A stretch of 64,000 nucleotides of DNA from Chiloscyllium plagiosum (Eukaryota), in NCBI RefSeq assembly GCF_004010195.1, contig NC_057718.1, positions 20,861,664 through 20,925,663 on the forward strand, given 5' to 3'. The notes under the pieces are model-generated. The model saw nothing but the letters and a program-made list of their open reading frames with translations, did no database searches and had not been told where the DNA came from. Shown here piece by piece: positions 1 to 13,400 of this stretch. Positions within the stretch are counted from its first letter, which is position 1. Every line of letters starts with the position of its first letter. A program made the position numbers and the translations under genes.

Positions 1-785
1 TATCTGAGACTTTCCCCCCTTTCTATAACTGCAGTCCATCACATACTGTAGCTCTTGCAAATTTTTCATCGCTTCTATTTGTCTCTCCAACCGATCCACT
101 TGATCTGATAAGATTCGCATCCAACAGCATTTATGGCAGATATAATCCACAGTAACCCTTAAACTCTCTTTAAACTCCCACATCTGACAAGAAGTACATA
201 TCACTGTAAAGGCCATTTTGACTCCTTCACAATCTACAGACCCAGAAAATAACACTGTCTTATTCCTCTACCAACACTGCTATTAAATTAATAGCTATGG
301 CTTATATTTTAAGTTTAATCAAGAGACTTATCTCCAAAAACATATAATCAAGAAAGAATCCACTGTACCCACTACTGGAGCCTTTCTCTTGGACAGACTT
401 AAAACAACAATTAACGAATCTGATTCTGTGCTGTGAACTTCGCCCATCAGTTCCCCCAAGATTAGTTGTGAATTCCACTGTTTGTTAATTTTCCCAGATG
501 CACTCCAATGTCCGGCGATACACGAATTGAAACAGCAAAGGCAGTAACTGTGCAGGTTTTCTCTCTCTCTCTCTCCTGCACTGTCCTCACCATGTGCTTC
601 CTTTGTCTGTTCTTCTCCCTTTTAAACTGCTGTTGTTTTAATTTTTTTTCCCAACGTACCAAAACAATGCAACAGCATATAAAACAGTAATTGCTGCTCC
701 TGGAATTCGAGGAAATCACCAAAAAGGAGCAGCTCTTACAGCCAGAAATGTTTCCTGTCCTCCATCTTGGATTACCCAGAATCCA
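1..785 (-). mobile_element. 5' end of a CR1-type LINE: 5'UTR and start of ORF1
   Basis: ATG at 216 opens MAFTVICTSCQMWEF..DYICHKC..ILSDQVDRLERQI (CxxC..CxxC finger plus coiled coil, typical of CR1 ORF1), open to the window edge. Confidence 0.75.
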
Positions 786-3700
786 CTCATACACTAATTT
801 CTTTCTTCTCTTAATCTTTTCGTCATTCTCTCCAGTTCTTTATGTTCTGACCAATTATCTGACCTGCCCCTCATCTGTGCATAGTAATATATTTTTCCTT
901 CATTTTTATACTTTCCCTAACTTGTTTTGTGAACCACAAATGAGTAGAGGGGCCTCGCTTCAGAATTCTTTCTAGAAGGAGTGTATTAATTTGGGTACAC
1001 TGAAATATCATGGACATAGAAAACATCATGTATGTTTTCTCCTCTTTCCGGTTTCCTTTCTACCAGCTGCAGACGATTACATTCTTTAGCACTCGACCAG
1101 CTCAGTCAGTAGTTAATGTTATGACCCGCTTGGGCAAGTGAACCCATTCAACCACCACTACACCCAAGGTTGCCACAAAAGTTAATCATTTAATCAAAGT
1201 ATTTAAAGTTCCCAATTTACCTATCTGCTGGACTCAGGTTAATAGAAAACATTGACCATATTCTTGTGTTTAACAAATGCTATTTATTACAAATACGTCC
1301 GAGCCTCAGGTAAACTAAACCATGAATTATTAGCATACAAAACTCTACTAGTTGAACCTCAACCTCTTTTTCAACCCTACATTCATGCAGACAAAAAAAC
1401 AACTCATGGATGGAGAGAAATATGTTGGGAAACACTGTTCAACAACACCAATCCACAGGATTTGATAAGATGTTCCTTTTGCTTCCCAAAATCCTCTGTT
1501 CTCCAATCTTTTTCCTGAACTGTTTGACTTTTTAGCAGCAAGCACAGGGTGTTTGGTATACTAATTACAAAGTCTCTTAGTTACTGGTTAAAAGCAACTG
1601 CTTACAGAAAGCAACCAATATTCTTCAGGTTTTGGTTTCTTTACTGCAGAGAAATAGAGACACATAGCCTGATTTTTCCAGTCTTATGTCTCTACATTGC
1701 TCACACATCAGCTGTTCATCTGCCCAGGAACCAGAGAGACTGATGACCACTAGCATTCACAATAGTTACAATTGTACAAAGAACATCAGCAATCTGTGCT
1801 GAATGAATCTCACTCTAGCTAGGATACAATATTGCATAAGATTACATAGCCAATACATGATGAGAAATAACTGGGAACCAAGTTGAAATATGCAATTCTG
1901 TTGACATTATGACTGACAAATTCAAGTACTTCTGAACAGTAAAAAAATCACATCTAATTGCTACCAGCAACAGTTATGCTTTCTTGTATTAAATTTGAGT
2001 TAGGCAAAAACATTTAAGCAGTACCATCTAAAAAAAAGATTTAGTATTGGAAGAGATGAAGGACTGTTTGTATTTATTAATAATGATTAGCAGGAATCAC
2101 AATATACTCTAACAAGGTACTTTTCCTGTTTGGCTCTATAAACTGCATTCATCATTCATGATTGTGATGAATATTTATTTAAATTGTTATAAAAGTTACA
2201 TATGAAAATGCTACAGAATGTGTTCTTAAAAAATTGATTCTTGGCATTTGACAGGGTCAAAATTTATTTTCCCTCTCTCGTTGCTCCTCAGTGCCTTTGG
2301 AGCTGTAATTAGACTGGGCGCCGTCAGCAGGTTTATTTTCCTAAAAAATCCTGTTGAAATATCTACATTTTCATAACTTCATTGTCACTTTTACTGCTTT
2401 TAGTTGTTTTAATTTTATTAGTCTGAAGTTAAATACTCCAACTGCTCGAATGAGATTAGAAAGCTTATCGTTCAGGGTTCTAGATTACTAATCCAGTAAT
2501 AAGAGCACTGCATTATACTATCTCAGATAAATGCTTGGTATGAACACAAAGTTTGAACTTCACTTTTAGCCACGAATCGCTAATAAATGACAATATTATA
2601 GCACTTTTTTTTCTCATTATACAAAATTTAACAAAAGTCAAGATAAACTAAACGTGCACTTCCCTGATCCTCAGTTTGTAGCATATAGAAACTCTACTTC
2701 TCTTCTAATATTATGCAAATTGAAGAAACTTAAAGTGCTCTTGAAAGCAATGCAATTCAGACTATTATCTTAACAGTCTAGAGTAAGACGAGTAGGAAAG
2801 ACTCAAAAATGCAATTTACTTTCTTTACTTTGTGGTTAAAATCAGTTTTAAAGACTAGTTAAATCCTACTTAATAAAGAACATGCTTACTCAGTAACTAT
2901 TCTAATTGACAACAGAATAAAAGTTCTCTTACTGAACAAAGAGATCTGCTTTAAAATGTTTATGCCTAAAGTTACTCCTGCGTTTTGGAGGAGGGTAAAG
3001 GCACTTGCTTTCCCATCCTACTTGTACTATATTTACCTGTGTCTGGCTACAACTTTTAAATAAATCAGTCATAATCTGTAACAGTTTTTTCCTTCGCAGC
3101 AAATGTTCATTTCAGCTAAAAACACATCCAAAGATGCTCCCAACTTTTATGTAAAGTTACAGTAAAGTACTTCCCAATATCATCAGAATACATCTAAGCC
3201 TAAAATATGAATGAAGTGTCACAGTTCAATGTAAGGAACAGGGGCTGAAAGAAATGTTAGAGCTAGAATAGTACAATTCTTTCACTAGTCTTAAGATCAA
3301 ATGTTTCAATCTATTTAACCAATATTCACATAGTATTAAGAACCTGCAACTGGAATAGTTTCTCTCTTTTGTAAGTAACTTACACTTTTCTATAAAAATG
3401 CATTCAAAAGGAACAGATAATGCAGGATAGGTCTCAGAAAAGAGAAGTAGTACTTTTAAAAACCCTTTTCAAAATTGCAATTAAAAGATCAAAAAAGTTA
3501 CAGACTCTTGCTATGCCTAAAAACCTAGAATCAATATGAAGTGACTTGTGGACAAACAACTGCAGGATGTTCACATCAGTTTGAAGTGTAGCCTCTTACA
3601 TATGCTATGTTTGCCTTAGTCAGCAGATTTGATGGACAGACTTAAAAGATTGAGAAATATGCACACCTTGCAGTTACAAGTACAACTTGTGCTCAAAATT

Positions 3701-4315
3701 CCTCAATCTTTTTAAACCATGCTATTGGTGCTTGCCCAGATAACAGGTTGCAATAGAAAATGCACTGTCCATTTGTCACATTGTCATTAGACCTTCCCAT
3801 CAATGTTGCACTATTGTCTCAGATGTGCACTTCCCTGACCCTCAGTTTGTATCATATAGAAACTCTACTTCTCTTCTAATATTACACAAGTTGAAGAAAC
3901 CTTCAAAGTGCTCTTGAAAGCAATGCAATTCAGACTATTATCTTAACAGTCTTGAGTAAGATGAGTAGGAAAAACTTAACATTAGCAATGCAACATTCAG
4001 ATCTTGAATATATATTCAATCCTCGGTCTGTTTTGAGTCACTATGTTCGGTCAAATGAAGCAATTGGTTATTACAATTGGTCAAGCCTCTCTGAGCTAGG
4101 AAAGAAAATAAAAATATTTTCTGGTGAATCTTATCCAACAATACTTGTATGAGAGCATTTGGATAGATTTATTAAGCTGAGCTAATATAGGTTCAAAGCT
4201 CACCTTGGTTGGAAAAATAACCTCATACAGGGAGGTTGGAAGAAATAATGACAAATATCAGTGACTGTTTACAAATGCATGCAAAAGTCAGTGAATATAC
4301 AAAGTTCTTACTTAC

Positions 4316-4400
4316 CCATACTATTTGTGGAGCTGCACCACATCAGAAGAAAGCCTGTACAAATCAAGTTTAACAATCCAAAGAGAAGGATCTTCCATGA
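4316..4400 (-). CDS. slc30a6: ZnT6 exon 4 (85 nt, TM1)
   Basis: ccacag|TCA TGG AAG..AGT ATG G|gtaagt encodes SWKILLFGLLNLICTGFLLMWCSSTNSM. Confidence 0.96.
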
Positions 4401-7400
4401 CTGTGGAATAGAGAGAGTGCATTAACAGCACTGAAACATTCAGAGCGCATCATCTTGCACGAACTTTGTCCCTTGTCATTGGTGTTTGACAAAAGTTACT
4501 TCACTGCTGTTCAACTTAGTTAAAGGATTCTGGATCAGTGGTGCTCGTCGGATGCTGCCTGAATTGCTGTGCTCTTCTAGCACCACTGATCCAGAATCTG
4601 GTTTCCAGCATCTGCAGTCATTGTTTTTACCTTAGTTAAAGGATGGCCTGAAAACATTTCACACTTAGCATTTTGTCAGACAACCAGCGTGCGGATGATG
4701 TGTGTACTGCATTCATTGGACACAGATGAACAGAATGAACTTAAAATAAAACAAGCAGAAATGGATTTTCTGATTGTTTCAAATTTTATGAGATGGATTT
4801 GTGATGTGCACACCAGTTGAAAGCATAAGCAGTTTTTTTTTAAACTGAAAATCCATCTGCACATACCAGAATTTCATTTAGCCAAGAAAATTAGAAAGTT
4901 GAAGGGGGAGGTGAAGAAAATAAGTCACTCAATTTGAATTCTCATTTGCGCTTGTCAATGCTGAATGCAACTGGCAACAATACAAATCACCTCATGATCT
5001 TAGTTTAAAATATATTGTCTACTCAAATCAGTACAATTCAGGGCAGCAGATCGAAAGTTTTCAAAAGAAAATTGCAGCAATTCAAGTATTAATTTGCAGC
5101 AGTGCGTAACAAAGATGCTTCATATTGCATATTTTCTTTGAAGATTTAAAGATTTGAAGGATTGTGGAGAAATATATTACTTAAAAGTTTTGTGCAAAAA
5201 CAGAATACTCTCTTTCGAAGAGATTGTTGAAAAGTCATAGTGGATTTTTAAATGAGGCATTTTGGACACCATAAGACTAACGATAACTGCTTTCTTTGCT
5301 GTCGACGCTTGCTGGGCTACGGCATCAGAGTGACAGACATTGAAACAGTCCACCCTCAATCCTTTCTCCATAAAAAATAACATTTTGAGTATAGTATTTT
5401 TTTTTTGAGAAGACAATCTCTGCAGAGAAATCAGTTTTATTGTTTTTTTTTCCCCAGAAGAGTGTTTTGGGGATATTTAAAGGAATAAGCATTTATAACT
5501 CCATATTACTGACTGTGTACCTTAACCACTTATTGCACCTACTGTTTTGTGAAGAAACCTGGTTGATGGTTCTTATTGTTTAAAATTTAACATAAATAAG
5601 GCATTTAATTGGTCACTTTTTATAAATGGAAAGATTATTTTTATTTTAAGTTATGACCCATGAAGCATTGGGGCCAGAGCAATAGTGCACTCTTGCAGCT
5701 TCAGTTGTAATGTATAAAACGATAGGATATGGATTCATGCCTGTGGGTCTGCACTGACTAACTTCATTAGACCAAACCAGTCAGATAGAAGTGCCATGAG
5801 AAAGCAGGAATTTATCCATGGGGAAAGAATAGAACATTTAGTTTAAGCACAATATCAGTGACCATAAACAATGGAAAATAAACAATACAAATTCAAAGTT
5901 TGTGAGAAGATTTGTTGCTCGGGTGCTCGTTGCTGTGGTTCTGTTCGCCGAGCTGGAAGTTTTTGTTGCAAACGTTTCGTCCCCTGTCTAGGTGACATCC
6001 TCAGTGCTTGGGAGCCTCCTGTGAAGCGCTTCTGTGGTGGTTCCTCCGGCATTTATAGTGGCCTGTCCCTGCCACTTCCGGTTGTCAGTTTCAGCTGTCC
6101 ACTGTAGTGGCCGGTATATTGGGTCCAAGTCGNNNNNNNNNNNNNNNNNNNNNNNNNNNNNNNNNNNNNNNNNNNNNNNNNNNNNNNNNNNNNNNNNNNN
6201 NNNNNNNNNNNNNNNNNNNNNNNNNNNNNNNNNNNNNNNNNNNNNNNNNGAGTGGCTGTTGGTTTGTGTGCTGTTATAAGTCCTAGTGGTCGCAGTAGTC
6301 TGGCTGTCATTTCAGAGATGTTCTTGATGTATGGTAGTGTGGCTAGTCCTTTGGGTTGCGGCATGTCCTCGTTCTGTTGTCTTTCCCTTAGGCATCTGTT
6401 GATGAAATTGCGCGGATATCCGTTTTTTGCGAATATCTTGTATAGGTGTTCCTCTTCCTCTTTTTGCAGTTCTGGTGTGCTGAAGTGTGTTGTGGCCCTT
6501 TTGAACAGTGTCTTGATGCAACTTCGTTTGCGTGTATTGGGGTGGTTGCTTTCATAGTTCAGGATTTGGTCTGTGTCTGTGAGAAGGTGATTATTTAAAA
6601 GTTCAAATCCAGTATTAAGAGTAACAGGCGAGTCCCGTGGCTCGAAGGTCATCACCATTTCACGCATGGGCTGCAGTCACCTACTGGGGACATTTCTCCT
6701 CGCACATAAAGAGTGCCCTCAATTAGTTTTCAACTGATCGAAAGGGAAATCATTGTCCAATCATCCACATTCCAAATGTAGATCTGATACAGACACAATA
6801 GGCCAAATGCCTTCACTGTCATCAATTTTCTACAATTTGTACAAGGTCTTGTGCCTACCTTCTGAATCACAATCTGTATATGCCTAGGGAATTTTAAAAA
6901 GTAGTTCTTAAACCTTGTAATCTGCTGAGATAGATTAATTTTTCTAAATTAAGTTAGTTTTATGAAACACATTCAAAGGCTTTGAAAACTGAAATAAAAG
7001 TATTGGAGAGTTGCAAATGGCTTTTTTTGCTGTTTCTTGATAATTACTGGTATATTGTATAGGGAATTACTAGACAATGAAAATATCATTAATTATGCTC
7101 TACAACATAAATGCAATTACAACATTTGGAGCATTCAAACAATGTAAAACTGTACACTTATAATGTTTTAACCAGAAAATACAAAGCTAGTAAATACAAT
7201 ATCCCAATGTCTAATTTGGGAACTTGACCTGGATTTTGTGGTCAACAATGAATCAGAAGCATTTGATTTTGAGTGTGGATTCTCTGTTCTTGCATGACTT
7301 TGAATGTGGAGCCATCTTTAAGCAAAGCAAGAATCACGTAGATTGATTAGCCACTTACACTGAAGAATTCTCAGACAACAAAGCAGGGAGTGAAATTCAT

Positions 7401-10400
7401 TTTTAAAATATCTTAATCACTGCACAGCAAGTGAACAAAAGATCAGGACTCTATATGGGGTGTAAGGGAGAAACTGAAATATATAAAACTTCAAACAAAA
7501 AAAACCAACTCAGTTTAAATGTTCTTCTGAGGGAATACGACTCTCACTTACAAAATTAATTTTTCATGCTGAAAGATTGTTCATTTGTAATTATGTGATA
7601 GGACAACTGTTAAAAACACAATTAGTCGTGATCAAACAATTCAACATTTTCATTACTTCTTACAGCAAGAATAGGGAATTAAAAGTGGTGAGCACTGCTG
7701 ACTCACAGCGCCAGGAACCTGGGTTCAATTCCAGCCTCAAGTGACTGTCTGTGTGGAGTTTGCATATTCTCCCCGTGTCTGCACAGGCTTTCTCCCACAG
7801 TTCAAAGATGTGCAGGTTAGGTGAATTGGTCATGCTAAATTGTGTGCCAGGGATGTGAAGGCTAGGTGGGTTAGCCATGGGAAATGCAGGGTTACACGGG
7901 CAGGGTAGGGGGCTCTGGGTGGGACACTCTTTGGAGGGTTAGTGTGGACTTGATGGACCAAATGGCCTGAATGGACACTGTAGTGATTCTAAGATCTTCT
8001 AAGTGACATTGTTCACAGTCTTTGCATATGCAAATCAACACAATTAACCCAAAGGGAGAGATTAGAGTAACTGCACTTGACATCAAGGTTGTACTTAACT
8101 GAGTAATGCCATTGTGGGTCTACTGATACACACAGATGTCAGGCAAAAGTGAGGACTGCAGATGCTGGAGATTAAAGTTGAGAGGGTGGTGCTGGACAAG
8201 CACAGCAGGCCAGGCAGCATGTGAGGACCAGGAGAAATCAGCGCTCTGAGCAAAAGCCCTTCATCAATTGCCCGAAACATTGATTCTCCTGCTCCTTGCA
8301 TGCTGCTTGACTTACTGTGCTTTTCCAGCACCACACTCTCGACAAATGGATTGTGGCAGTTCAAAACGAAAACTCACCACCATCTTTTCAAAGACATCTC
8401 TGGACAGACAACAAATGCTGACACAACCAGGTATGCACATGCCCAATAAGAATAAAAGGAAAAACTCTCAAGTAGTTGTAGTTATATCTCACACAAAGGA
8501 AAAAAGGATGTGGGTGTTGGAGACTAATCATCTTACTGTCAGGATATAAATTACAAGAGTTCTTCAGGGTAGTATTCTCGGCTCAACATTTTTTTAAAAA
8601 GGTCTGCCAATGGCCTTCCCTCCAACTTCAGGTCAGATTTTGGGATATTTGGGATGAGCACATTGGATTTTGTACTATTTGAGTCTCCTCAGACTCTGAA
8701 GGATTGAATGCCCACACACAGTAATATCTGGCTTGGGCTGATAAGTGGCAAGTAACAGGAACACTATACAAATGTCAGGGAACTACTCTATATTAAAAAA
8801 AGCGATTCTAATCATCTCCCCATGACATTCAATTGAATTAACCATTGCTGAATCCGCCATTATCAACTTCCTGAGTGTAACCAGTGATCACAAACTGAAG
8901 TGGATGAGCTGTTTAAATACCCTGACTACAAAAGTACGTCAAAGGCTGGGAATTCTGTATCAAGTAATTCACCTGACTCTGAAAAACCTACCCAACATAT
9001 ACTAGGCAGAAGTTAGCAATGACCATGGTAAACAGGTATTATGATTCCAGCTAATGCTACTACTGGACAAATCAGATTCCAGAATGTGATATGGCTAGAT
9101 TGATCTTTTCCTATTTTATTTAACATGGTGATCTTTTACTGAAACACAAATTCACAAGGCTGCAGATTTGATTTTTTAACATAAAAGACATCTTTTTATA
9201 AAAGAAAATAAATATAAAACAAACCAAGCTATCTAAATATATCATATTAAAATATTTCAAAAACCTCAACTATCTCCAAACACTGTCACTTTACAGTTAA
9301 TCAAAATCCAGAGATATTTTCTCTAAGTTTGCTTCTTCATTGAAATATATTTTCTCCTGGAATAAACCAAAAGCTTCTTAGACTTTTAACTGTCTGCTGA
9401 GTTCTAACCAAACATTCATGGCCTGGAAATTTCACAAACCATGCAGTTTCACAGAGGTAATATTCCATTAATTCATTTGAACAATCTCCTCTCCTGCGAC
9501 AGACTACACTTGATTCAGGTAGATCCCCTTCAAACTGAACCCAAAAGCATTTTAACTAGGTTTTTAAAGACTTGCTCATCTTAGCTTCTTCCTGTTGTTA
9601 ATCACCACAGCACAATCGAACTTCTGTTACCTCTGCAGGAGGCTTTGCAGTCACCTATTCTCTGACAGCATACTGGTTTTAAATCACAAACCTGCAAAGA
9701 CTGACTCAGGTAATTCTTAAATCCCTTCATCAAAATAATCCAAGGCCCATATGCCACCGGTTTAAAATCTAAACTCTTTTAAAACAAATACATCTTTACA
9801 TGAATCTCACTTCATCAAACAAGAATCTAACCATTTTTTTTGACATTTGACAGCGTTACCATTGCTGAAACCACCAGAATAGTATCGTTCAGGGTTAGGA
9901 CTTATCATTAACCAGGAACTTTACTGAACCATATGCAGGGAATACTTCACTTTCTGATTCCCCAAAACCTGTCCACCATCTGGGCACAAGCCAGGAGTGT
10001 GATGAATTTTGATTCACTTGGCTAGGTAAGTGCAGCTCCAAAAACACATGAGAGAGGTTCCACACCATTCAGGATAAAGCAGCCCACTTGACTGACATCC
10101 CATCTCTATCTTAAACACTCACTTTCTCTATCACTGATGCGGAGTGGCAGCTATGTATATTATACCCTTGATTCACAGCAGCAACTCACCAAGGATCCTT
10201 TAGTAGCACCTTCAAAACTTGGAAGAACAAGTACAACAGATGCATGGAACACCACTAGCTGCAAGATCCCCTTAAAGTCACACATCCTTTTAATTGAGAA
10301 AGGCATCATCATTCTTTTGCTAGGTCAAGATCCTGAAACTCCTTTCTTAACATCATTGTAAATTCAAAGTTTGGGAGAAGATTTGTAGCTCGAGTGCTCA

Positions 10401-13400
10401 TTGTTGTGGTTCTGTTCGACAAGCTGGGAATTTGTGTTGAAGACGTTTTGTCCCCTGAATAGGTGACATCCTCAGTGCTTGGGAGTCTCCTGTGAAGCGC
10501 TTCTATGTTTCCACCGGCATTTATAGTGATTTGTATCTGCCGCTTCCGGTTGTCAGTTCCAGCTGTCCGCTGAAGTGGCCGGTATCTTGGGCCACAGCAT
10601 AGTCTCTCATTCCAAACTGTTCACTAATCGATATGGGTTTCACAAACGAAAAAGTTTTCTATTTTGGGTAAAATTTGATTATTGAAAACATGTCCTGTAA
10701 CCTATACAATTACAAGAGATAAACATTTTAAATCAACACAAGCATCATGACTAAGCATAAGTATTTTTAAAAATAGTACTTACCCGCCTATCAGGAGCAC
10801 CCGGAGGAAACCCACGCAAACACGGGGAGAACGTGCAAACTCCACACAGTCAGTCGCCTGAGGCGGGAACTGAACCCGGGTCTCAGGCGCTGCGAGGCAG
10901 CAGTGCTAACCACTGTGCCACCGTGCCGCCCACTTGTCTGAGGTGCTAGCTTACAGATATAAAGTTAAACTGATGCTTACCTAATCTAGGTGCACCAAAG
11001 AATTCTATTGACCAATAACCCTTCCTCAACCAAAAACAGAGTAACCATTCCAATATTACACACAAGAACCTCTCTGAAATGTACAAATGAGCACAACACT
11101 TCAAACTAACAAAGCATAGAAGAAAAACGGTTAATTGTATCTGTGAACCCAGGTACTCAATCTTCTGTCTATTCTCTATAGAAGTTAACCCTTCATGTGA
11201 CAAATTTAACCAGATTAAAAATAAACCAAGGTAGAGCTTTCTTTTAAAAAAGTTTGTGCTGGTTCTTTCATCTCAACCCTAGTGAAACCAGAGAACTAGT
11301 GGAAAACAGTAAGGGGTGGTAAACACAAGTTATATGTCAAAAGTTAGTTTCCAGGATCTCTAAATGCAAAATAATTTTGCTCAAAACCAAAATTAATAAC
11401 AACAGAAAATGCTTCACTGATTCTGGCTGCTGTCGAGTGTCTGGTACTTGGAGCCCATTACCTCAGGCACATGGGAATATCTGGCTCATTTTAAAACTTT
11501 TCATAAACTAAACACTATTTAACTTACCAAGAAACTGACTAATCTTTTCAGTTACTGAAGGTTAAAATGAAGGTGGAGGCAAAAACAGTTAACTTTTTTC
11601 AGAATAAACTCATTTCTAGTTTATTAATAATACTGAATATTACTACACTTGAATAATGAATACTTTTTAATGTGAGTAAAAATTATAGAACTTTCATTCA
11701 CTATTTGTGAAAGTGTTATTGTTGATAACTATGGAAATGAATTTCAGTAGAAACAAACTGTAACTGAGCCAACACGACTGGTACTCTAAAAAATGCAATC
11801 ATGTCCCATCCATAAATTTTCTTGATATAGACCATTAATGTATATTTTTGTCAATTCACCAAGTAGGTAAAATGTCTCAAGAAATATATGAAATGAAATG
11901 ACAATATAGTTGCTTTTAACCAGAGCTGAAATAATGATATGTACTATCTTGATTTTCAGCTAAACTTTAGTATTAAATATACATAACAGTTGGGGTTATG
12001 AAAACTGAAATTGCAACCAGAATACTGGAGCAACTTTCTTTGCTACTTCTAACCTACCATCACTATGCATTGTACACGAAATGCCTCTAAGCAAATGAAC
12101 AATAACAAAATCAAGTTATAGCCATTTATTTATTAATAATGAAAAACAGTTTTTCCATTTTCAAGGAACCCACATGATAAAACAGAGGAAGTAGTTTAAA
12201 ATTTTGTAAGATGAAAGATGAACCCAGGAATTACTATGGCTCATGCAACCACAAATGAGGTTTGGAGTGGGGGTGGGTAGATAATTTACTATATAAGTAT
12301 AGATGTAAAAAATGAATGCATGCTTTAAATCAGAATTCAGAATTTTCCAGATTACAAATTATGTTCATTTATCACTGAAAACCTACACCACTTGGAGAGA
12401 TTACCAGGAGGCATGATAAATCATGGTCATTAACTGAAACACTATCCTACTATTACAGAACACTGTATCCATTAAAGTCGAAAAGTTATGAAGTCTACCG
12501 TACAACATGTGCAAGCAAGGTTCCATGCATTCACTACCTGTAATGGAGATGTTTCAGTGACATTTTCAATTTGCCATACTTAGAGTAGCTCTTTTGTTGT
12601 CAGTTTACATCTCCTGTCACTCTAGCAGAGGCCAACACAAATTAATGGGCTTTACTGAACACAGACGATGCATTATTTTAACTATTATTGTAAAAGGGTA
12701 CATTTTACACTTTATCTTTGACTGAGAAAAAGAGCTACTCTCCGAGTGGCTCTTCAAGTTTAGAAAAACCTTTGCAGCTATCAAACAGCAAAATATAATT
12801 AAATATATTTCAAAATTACATTGGTATCAACATCAAATAACCAAGTCAAACAAACTAGAACACATAGGAAGGAAAAGCTGAAAACAGATTTTAATGCATT
12901 AATTGTACAGATTTTCTATAGAGCAGAAAACAGTAATCCTGCAAACAATAACTTTAATTCAGTAGTTTTAAACTAAAGAACTGACTGATCTAATAACAAA
13001 GGACATTTACATTTTAGTACCAAAGGGCAGCAAAACTAGCATACTAGTTAAGTTCATGGGCTTCTGAACACTGATTAAAATTTAAGCTCAGAACCATTTC
13101 AATACTTTGAAATAAATGATTAAAAATTACAAGTTCTCAGGTCACCCATATACTACAACCAATTCAGTAGCTTTTGACATGATTATCCTTAATTTGGATT
13201 GCTTGATTTGAAGTAAACATTCTACAATATTAAATTGAGGCTTTGTGCAGTCATGAAACGTGAAGTATTATTGGACTAGTTTCAAATGATGGATTAGCAG
13301 TATTAGAGGGAAGTATGAGCCTGAAGAACATAATTTAAGATATATCAATAGCATTCCATTCTTAAACATGACAATAGAAATGATAAGTGTTTGCACATTC

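Noticed and set aside
1117..1770. Possible solo LTR starting TGTTATGA
   Set aside because: Could not define a matching CA end with a target-site duplication.
10794..10931. tRNA gene
   Set aside because: A/B boxes belong to a tRNA-derived SINE head that continues into SINE body sequence; no full cloverleaf.
10981..11073. 93-nt exon-like segment on the minus strand (tttcag|..TTAG|gtaagc) as a replacement ZnT6 exon 3
   Set aside because: In the phase required by exon 2 it hits TAA at codon 6 and shows no similarity to ZnT6; at most a cryptic or poison exon.
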